DNA of 64,000 bases from Actinomycetota bacterium (GTDB lineage Bacteria; Actinomycetota; Acidimicrobiia; Acidimicrobiales; JAMCPD01). Under the pieces are notes generated by a model. That model searched no databases. It was not told the origin of the DNA and saw only the letters and a program-made list of their open reading frames with translations. This document shows, piece by piece, positions 57,798-64,000 of this stretch. The translations under genes and the position numbers were made by a program. The first letter of the stretch is position 1; each line of letters begins with the position of its first letter. The stretch covers positions 3,382 to 67,381 of the forward strand of contig JAMCPD010000020.1 in the NCBI GenBank assembly GCA_023379935.1, given 5' to 3'.

Positions 57798-57836
57798 TCA
57801 TATATACTAACCGATTACATCCACAACAACATTCGT
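57798..57836 (-). pseudogene. Relic of the 3' end of a third surface-module gene
   Basis: Translates TNVVVDVIG*YI*, against ANLVVDVTGWYV* in the two intact genes (TGG to TAG). Confidence 0.6.
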
Positions 57837-58012
57837 TGTCTTGGCTGTTGCCGAAGTTCACAGTAGTTTTCAAGCTATTTATAAAGATGGAGATGAACCA
57901 CACAAGGCTATTGCTCCGTTCAACAAATGACTACAACAAGAAAGCAACCGTTTTGATATGGTTGCATCAACCGTCAAGGTGGTAGTACAATGTACAAAAG
58001 GAGAACTAAATA

Positions 58013-58618
58013 ATGAATACCTTAGAGACTATTACTGAGATGAGACAAAACCAAAGTTTAGCAAAAACGGTGTGCTGTTTTGGGTTGGTCAAGAGGCCTT
58101 TGGAGTTTGGTGCAAAAGTTGTACACACAGATAAGAGTCTCGAGAGACTAACAGAGCTATCCAAACGCTACGAGAGCCATCTTGATCGCATAGAGAACCT
58201 GGCTGAGCGCCACGAGAAGTCCTTGGCTAAATTGCCGGAGATTTCCAAACACTGTAAAAGACAGTTTGTTTACGTAAAGAACGATACTGCTCAGGCGAAA
58301 GGCAGATTTTTTGAAGATAAATGGAGCAAAAATGCGATCTCTTACTTAGGCTGCAAAGAACCGGGATCAGCGCGTTTTATTGATAAGGAGGCTTTAGCCG
58401 ATTTGCTTGATAAAACTGAGGTTGAAGATGGTATCCTCCTTGTGGACGTGGTTCATTCGCCAATTCCGATTCTGCACCATGCCGAGCTTTTAGAGCCGGT
58501 TGCGAAGAGAGAAACCATCTCTTGTGCACCAGGTGTGACGATTGATACATCAGCTCAAAGGCCGGTAGATCAACAGTGGGGCGGCAGAAGTTCAACAGAG
58601 CGATCAAATAGCTTATAA
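58013..58618 (+). CDS. Hypothetical coiled-coil protein, possibly degraded
   Basis: AAGGAG RBS; heptad repeats (L.EL..R.E..L..) followed by D....KG..FE; the C-terminus looks non-conserved. Confidence 0.45.
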   Translation: MNTLETITEMRQNQSLAKTVCCFGLVKRPLEFGAKVVHTDKSLERLTELSKRYESHLDRIENLAERHEKSLAKLPEISKHCKRQFVYVKNDTAQAKGRFFEDKWSKNAISYLGCKEPGSARFIDKEALADLLDKTEVEDGILLVDVVHSPIPILHHAELLEPVAKRETISCAPGVTIDTSAQRPVDQQWGGRSSTERSNSL

Positions 58619-58633
58619 GAAGCTCCTAGCTGA

Positions 58634-59920
58634 ATGAATCCATTATCTGCGCCAATAGGAACAAAAGATATACTGGCGCCCGAGTCCGGGTATTTAGAGT
58701 TGCTCATCCACCACTTTCAAAAAATTGTGCGTAGAGCGGGATATCGCCTCGTGGTTACACCAGTTTTTGAAGATGTGCAGTTGTTTACCAGAGGAATTGG
58801 ATCAGACAACGAGCTTGTGACAAAAGAGATGTATGAATTTTTGGATAAGTCCGGGCGAAACATGGCGCTTAAGCCGGAGGGGACTGCTTCTGTGATTAGA
58901 GCGTTTATCCAGCATCACCTGTCCGAAGAATCAAAGGTATTTAAGGCGTGGTACTGCACACCGGTTTTTCGTTACGAGAGGCCTCAAGCCGGACGGCTCC
59001 GCCAACACCATCAACTGGGATTGGAAGCACTGGGAACCGCTGATCCAGAATTGGACATAGAGGTAGTGGGGCTGGCAGCATCATATCTCGGCTCACTTGG
59101 GCTTAAAAACTACACTTTAAATATCAATTCGATGGGTGACTTGGAGTGCCGGATGGGCTTTATAAAGTTACTAAACCGGTTCTTGGATCACCATGCCGAC
59201 GAGTTGTGCAACCAGCATTGCAAGCGTTACAGGCTTAATCCGTTGAGAGTTTTTGATTGCAAAAAACAAGAGTGTGTGGACGTTATGTCAACTGCACCCA
59301 AGCTTAAAGAACATCTTTGTGATAAGTGTGGGGAGCATTTTGCGACGGTCACACAAGGGTTGACAGATTTGGGATTTGTTTACGAAATATCTGACAAACT
59401 GGTCAGGGGGTTTGATTACTATACGAGAACCACCTTTGAGTTCAACTCCAATGCCTTGAACACTGCACAAAATGCAATTGGTGGCGGTGGGCGTTACGAC
59501 GGGCTGGTAGAGGCTTTGGGCGGTCAATCAACTCCCGGGGTTGGATTTGGTATTGGACTGGAAAGGTTACTTTTAGCTTCTTCTGCTGAAGGCATATGGA
59601 GCGATACCACCCCTTCGGCTTTTAGCTCTGTAGATATTTTTGTGATTGGATTGGAATCCGGCAGTGATAAGGCCGTGAGAGAAGTGGTGTTTTCCTTGCG
59701 TAATGCCGGCTATCAAGTAGATCAAGCTTTTGGTTCGCGCTCGTTGAAGGCTCAACTCCGTACGGCAGATCGCTCCGGTGCTCTTGTGGCGCTTATCATT
59801 GGGCCCAAAGAGGTTGAAGAGTCGAGTGTAACATTGAAACCACTACGCAGTTCAGAATCACAATCTCAACTGCCACGTGAAAAGTTGTTAGAGAAGATGT
59901 CGGAGATATACTCCAAATGA
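58634..59920 (+). CDS. hisS: Histidine--tRNA ligase
   Basis: GTKD, KEMY.F.D, L.PEGTA, FRYERPQAGR.RQ, LVRG.DYY, GGGGRYD, GLER. Confidence 0.98.
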   Translation: MNPLSAPIGTKDILAPESGYLELLIHHFQKIVRRAGYRLVVTPVFEDVQLFTRGIGSDNELVTKEMYEFLDKSGRNMALKPEGTASVIRAFIQHHLSEESKVFKAWYCTPVFRYERPQAGRLRQHHQLGLEALGTADPELDIEVVGLAASYLGSLGLKNYTLNINSMGDLECRMGFIKLLNRFLDHHADELCNQHCKRYRLNPLRVFDCKKQECVDVMSTAPKLKEHLCDKCGEHFATVTQGLTDLGFVYEISDKLVRGFDYYTRTTFEFNSNALNTAQNAIGGGGRYDGLVEALGGQSTPGVGFGIGLERLLLASSAEGIWSDTTPSAFSSVDIFVIGLESGSDKAVREVVFSLRNAGYQVDQAFGSRSLKAQLRTADRSGALVALIIGPKEVEESSVTLKPLRSSESQSQLPREKLLEKMSEIYSK

Positions 59921-61707
59921 TGCGAACTGATTTTTGCGGCGAACTGCGCTTGAGCGATGTTGAAAAAAAGGTGAGCTTGTGCGGATGGGTGTCGCACTAT
60001 CGTGAGCATGGTGAGCATCTTGTTTTCGTGGACTTGCGTGATCGCAGCGGGATAGTCCAATGTGTAGTTGACGCCTCAATCCAACTTAGGGTAGAGCATG
60101 TCCTCTTAGTCCATGGAACTGTAAAACGAAGACCAACCGGTACTGAGAATCCAACCTTACCCACAGGGGAGATTGAGGTGACAGACTGCGAGATAAGTGT
60201 ATTATCTGAGTCCGATCCTATACCTTTCGTGTTGTCGGAATATACGGGCACGGATGAGGCGTTGCGACTTAAGTATCGTTTCTTGGACCTGCGACGTCCT
60301 CGCCTTTACGCCAACCTAGCCCTTAGAGCTAAGGCAATTTCTGCCTTGCGTTCTTCAATGGAGAGACAGGGATTTATGGAGGTTGAAACTCCGTTGTTAT
60401 GGACGCCAACTCCCGAGGGTGCAAGAGAGTTTACAGTTCCGTCTCGGCTCAACCCCGGTTCGTTTTATGTACTTCCTCAAAGCCCGCAGTTGGCAAAGCA
60501 GCTCTTGATGGTTGCCGGGATTGATCGCTACTACCAAGTAGCCAAGTGCTTGCGCGATGAGGACTTAAGAGCTGATCGTCAGTTTGAGTTCACCCAACTT
60601 GATCTTGAAGCGTCATTCGTAACCGACCTTGATATCCGAGAAATCGTTACAAGCGCTGTGGCGGACTGTTTTTACCAAGTTGCCGAGCTTGGGGCGGGTT
60701 GTGATATCTCTTGGGATACAATGACTTGGGAGACAGCCATAGATACTTACGGCACCGACAAGCCTGATTTGCGCTATAACATTAAGTTGCTTGATCTAAC
60801 CGACTTATTTCTCCGCTTGGAGGTAAGGGCTTTAAAAGCACCGCGTGTAAAGGCGATTAAAATACCATTCGAGATGTTTGATGACGCTACGACCGTGGCA
60901 GGCGGGAGAACTTCCGGTCCAACCAGGAGTTGGTTGGATGCGCTAACTGAAAAGGCAAAATCTTTTGGTGCAAAGGGTTTGGCTTGGTTTAAGGTTACAT
61001 CGGAAGGGTTGGACTCACCGTTGTCCAAATTTATAAGTTCAGATGATTCTCACGCTATCATTGATGCCACCGGTGCCAAAAGTGGTGATCTATTATTGGC
61101 TGTTGCAGATGAATGGAAGATCGCATGTCAGGTATTGGGGCGTTTGAGAATGGAGATCATTTCAAACCTGGAGGCACCAGTCAAGGTAAAAACCGAAACA
61201 TCCACCAACCCGACCCCTTACCGCTTTGTCTGGGTGGTGGACTTTCCGATGTTTGAAGGTACTGATGATACAGGAAATTTAGTTTCGGCTCATCACCCAT
61301 TTACCATGCCCCACCCGGATGATTTGGACAAGATTGCAGATGATCCCCTCAGTGTGCGCTCATTAGCTTATGATTTGGTACTGAACGGATGGGAGCTGGG
61401 TTCCGGCAGTATTAGGATACACAGAATTGATATCCAAAAGCGTATCTTCAAAGCACTGGGTATATCAGATGAACAAGCTAAAGAGCGCTTCGGCTTCCTG
61501 CTGGAGGCATTTAGATATGGAGCACCGCCACATGGGGGATTTGCAATAGGGTTGGATCGGTTTATAGCGTTGTTGACCGGGTCAAGCAGCATAAGAGATG
61601 TTATAGCATTCCCAAAGACTCAATCAGGAATTGATCCGATGACGGGAGCACCAAAACCCCTTAGCGAAAAGGCCTTAACAGAACTTGGGATCAAACTCCG
61701 CTCGTGA
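59917..61707 (+). CDS. aspS: Aspartate--tRNA ligase (probably non-discriminating Asp/Asn)
   Basis: F.DLRD, TPEGAR, LPQSPQ, RDEDLRADRQ.EFTQLD, GSIRIH, GAPPHGG, FPKT. His and Gly at the anticodon-domain positions associated with non-discriminating enzymes (inference). Confidence 0.97.
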   Translation: MMRTDFCGELRLSDVEKKVSLCGWVSHYREHGEHLVFVDLRDRSGIVQCVVDASIQLRVEHVLLVHGTVKRRPTGTENPTLPTGEIEVTDCEISVLSESDPIPFVLSEYTGTDEALRLKYRFLDLRRPRLYANLALRAKAISALRSSMERQGFMEVETPLLWTPTPEGAREFTVPSRLNPGSFYVLPQSPQLAKQLLMVAGIDRYYQVAKCLRDEDLRADRQFEFTQLDLEASFVTDLDIREIVTSAVADCFYQVAELGAGCDISWDTMTWETAIDTYGTDKPDLRYNIKLLDLTDLFLRLEVRALKAPRVKAIKIPFEMFDDATTVAGGRTSGPTRSWLDALTEKAKSFGAKGLAWFKVTSEGLDSPLSKFISSDDSHAIIDATGAKSGDLLLAVADEWKIACQVLGRLRMEIISNLEAPVKVKTETSTNPTPYRFVWVVDFPMFEGTDDTGNLVSAHHPFTMPHPDDLDKIADDPLSVRSLAYDLVLNGWELGSGSIRIHRIDIQKRIFKALGISDEQAKERFGFLLEAFRYGAPPHGGFAIGLDRFIALLTGSSSIRDVIAFPKTQSGIDPMTGAPKPLSEKALTELGIKLRS

Positions 61708-61838
61708 TACTTCAATTTTCCGAGTTAATAAATGCGGGCCTTTTGATAGATTGGCCTTCCGATAGTTAAACATTTATCTTGAATACAATATCTAAACTTA
61801 CAATAACCCGGGATTACCAACCGAATTATTCCGTATTT

Positions 61839-62921
61839 TTAGACATACCAACCGGTTACATCCACAACCAGATTTGCAGAACCTTGATACAGTCCTATAC
61901 TTATATCGCCTGAAGCAGAAAGTGCAACTGTAACAGAGTTTGCTACTACCTCACCTGCTACAAAGTTCAGGTTTGATACGGTTGGTTGAGATAAACCTTC
62001 AGGCCAAACAGTTATATATCCTGATGCAGTTGGATTTATAGCCGTTACGTTCACTACTACAGCTTTGGCATTAGAAGGAATAGGTCCTATACCAGCTAAG
62101 CTAAGGGTAAGTGGGGTAGAAGAGACAAGGGGAGATCCCGAACAAGGAGTCGCATAACCTACCATTGTTGCATCTCTTGTATCGCATGCTCTATATGGAG
62201 CTGTTCCTACAAAACTTACTCCAGTTGTTGAAGTAGAAAAGTACCCTGTTACATCAACGGTTACATCTGTGTTTCCGTAGAAGTTGTAGATAGATATTTC
62301 ACCCGGAGATGAACCTGTAGATAAAGGCACTACAACAGCGTTTGGAACGGTTTGTCCTGCTCTAAAGTTTAGATTTGATGCGGTTGGTTGAGATAAACCT
62401 TCAGGCCAAACAGTCAGATAACCCGATGTAGTGGGATCTATTGCCGTTACGTTCAGTACTACAGCGCTAGCAGTTGTAGGAACAGGGGTTTCACCTGAAG
62501 GTAGATATGGACTGTTATACCCTGAAACTTTTATATTTAGGGTCTGTTTTGCTCCAACTGGTGATGAACCGTTTATATTGCACTGGTTTTGTAAGATTGA
62601 ACTGGCTTTGGGTACTCTTGTGTCACATATTCTATAAGGGGTAATTGGGGAAAAGGTAGCTCCACCAGAGGGTGGTCCATAGTATCCTTCAACATCAACC
62701 ACAACATCTGATGAGGCATAAGAGTATATAGAGATACAGCCCGTACACGAAGTTGTTGTACCAAGTGCAACCTCACTCAGATTGGGAACGGTTTCTCCAG
62801 ATGTGTAGTTGAGCAAAGAAGCGGTAGGTTTAACTTCTCCCGCAGGCCAAACAGTCAGATAACCCGATGCAGTTGGATCTATTGCCGTTATGTTCAGTAC
62901 TACAGCGCTAGCAGTTGTTGG
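61839..62921 (-). repeat. Copy B of the 1083-bp direct repeat
   Basis: Ungapped ~97% match to 47667-48749. Confidence 0.97.
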
Positions 62922-64000
62922 AACAGGGGTTTCACCTGGAGCCAGATATGGACTTTTATACCCTGAAACTTCTATATTTAGGGTCTGGTTTGCTCCAACT
63001 GGAGATGCACCGTTTATATTGCACTGGTTTTGTAAGATTGAACTGCCTTTAGGCGTTCGGCTGTCACATATTCTATAAGGAACAAGGGGATAGTAGTTCG
63101 TGCCTGTTTGAGGTGTTGAAGGAAGATAGGTATACACGACTGAGTTGGAGTTGTTGGCGTTTACAGTGATAAACACACCGACGGTATCGGGCAAGGTTGC
63201 ACCATGTGGAGCGGGTGGAGATAGGGCGGTGCATGAGGTCGTAGAAGAACAAGACACAGAAGTTGCGGCAGTTGATCCAAACACAACAGTTGTTCCACCT
63301 TGGGCTGTGGAAAAATCGGTGCCGGTTAGGGTTACGGTTGTACCGCCTGAGGCAGGTCCTGAAGTCGGAGAGATAGAGGAAAGGGTCGGAGCTGTGGTGG
63401 TAGGAGTGGTGGTGTAAGAGATGGCATTTCCGGCACTGTCTATTGCCTCGCAGAATGCAGATGAGGGACAAGATACGGAGGTAATACCATATTGACCGGG
63501 AGTAAAATCAATTTTTATTGGTTTGGACCATATAGTGCCGTTGAATTCTAAGGCGTTGCCAAAGTTATCCACCGCCATACAGAAATCAGGGGAAGCGCAT
63601 GATACGGCATTTAGACGGGCAGTAGTTGTGTCGGTTATGGCAGGGGTTGACCATGAGCTACCGTTATATTCAAGGGTGTAACCCTGATCATCTGTTGCCA
63701 TACAAAAGTCACCTCCAGATCCACTGTTGGATGTACATGATACGGAGACAAGATTGGCATTAGCGTCAATCGATATCGGTTTTGACCATGTAGCGCCGTT
63801 GTAGGAAATGGCGTTACCGTAAAAGTCTGTTGCCATACAAAAGGTTGAAGATACACATGAAACAGAAGTTAGTCCGCCGCCATTCGGGTCGATGTTTGCT
63901 GAGGTGGTCCAAGAAGTTCCGTTGAATGTAATAACGTTACCTCCGCTGTCAACAGCGATACAGAAGCTCGATGAGACACATGAGACAGATGTTATCTCGC
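61839..64000 (-). CDS. Large surface protein: Cys-containing beta-propeller-like repeats, IPT/TIG domain and three C-terminal module units (5' end outside the window)
   Basis: Frame open to the window edge; ~40-aa repeats SVSC.S..FC.A.D..G...(Y/F)NG..W; IPT motif SISPTSGPASGGTTVTLTGT.F; C-terminal module shared with 47667-48749. Confidence 0.85.
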   Translation of the reverse strand, partial: EITSVSCVSSSFCIAVDSGGNVITFNGTSWTTSANIDPNGGGLTSVSCVSSTFCMATDFYGNAISYNGATWSKPISIDANANLVSVSCTSNSGSGGDFCMATDDQGYTLEYNGSSWSTPAITDTTTARLNAVSCASPDFCMAVDNFGNALEFNGTIWSKPIKIDFTPGQYGITSVSCPSSAFCEAIDSAGNAISYTTTPTTTAPTLSSISPTSGPASGGTTVTLTGTDFSTAQGGTTVVFGSTAATSVSCSSTTSCTALSPPAPHGATLPDTVGVFITVNANNSNSVVYTYLPSTPQTGTNYYPLVPYRICDSRTPKGSSILQNQCNINGASPVGANQTLNIEVSGYKSPYLAPGETPVPTTASAVVLNITAIDPTASGYLTVWPAGEVKPTASLLNYTSGETVPNLSEVALGTTTSCTGCISIYSYASSDVVVDVEGYYGPPSGGATFSPITPYRICDTRVPKASSILQNQCNINGSSPVGAKQTLNIKVSGYNSPYLPSGETPVPTTASAVVLNVTAIDPTTSGYLTVWPEGLSQPTASNLNFRAGQTVPNAVVVPLSTGSSPGEISIYNFYGNTDVTVDVTGYFSTSTTGVSFVGTAPYRACDTRDATMVGYATPCSGSPLVSSTPLTLSLAGIGPIPSNAKAVVVNVTAINPTASGYITVWPEGLSQPTVSNLNFVAGEVVANSVTVALSASGDISIGLYQGSANLVVDVTGWYV

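Noticed and set aside
47667-62921. The 1083-bp direct repeats as ends of a composite transposon or prophage
   Set aside because: The repeats are coding surface-protein domains, the enclosed DNA holds hisS-aspS in their usual context, and no transposase or integrase is present.

Overview
This is a chromosomal window from an actinobacterium, probably Acidimicrobiia-like, and unusually AT-shifted for the phylum. The class call is inference from gene content (F420 and mycothiol enzymes, PIM lipid genes) and gene order. The backbone is housekeeping: hisDCBHAF, xseAB-sbcDC, fabI, npdG, mshC, thrS-HIT, an EF-G paralogue, pgsA-patA-pimA, pdxST, yebC, ruvCAB, yajC-secDF, rel and hisS-aspS. Accessory material is interleaved. 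(1) A GC-rich SNF2 helicase/SWIM pair. (2) The best finding: a complete 1800-bp non-autonomous IS200/IS605-family OMEGA element (omega-RNA plus iscB, 37598-39397). It is inserted exactly at the ATGA stop/start overlap of ruvC-ruvA, downstream of a LexA-like palindrome. Its IscB has an extra CxxC-x10-CxxC insert at the REC position. Removing the element restores a clean ruvC stop/ruvA start and predicts the guide and an ATGA TAM. (3) A cluster of secreted esterases and a glycoside hydrolase beside an OmpR-type two-component system, with a triplicated ~125-bp promoter cassette carrying TGTTA-N6-TGTTA boxes. (4) Two large surface proteins that share a 1083-bp C-terminal module at ~97% identity, plus a relic of a third copy. 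(5) An 87-bp MITE-like element and many micro-tandem duplications. I found no tRNA, rRNA or CRISPR array. All calls come from motif reading by eye; no database searches were run.
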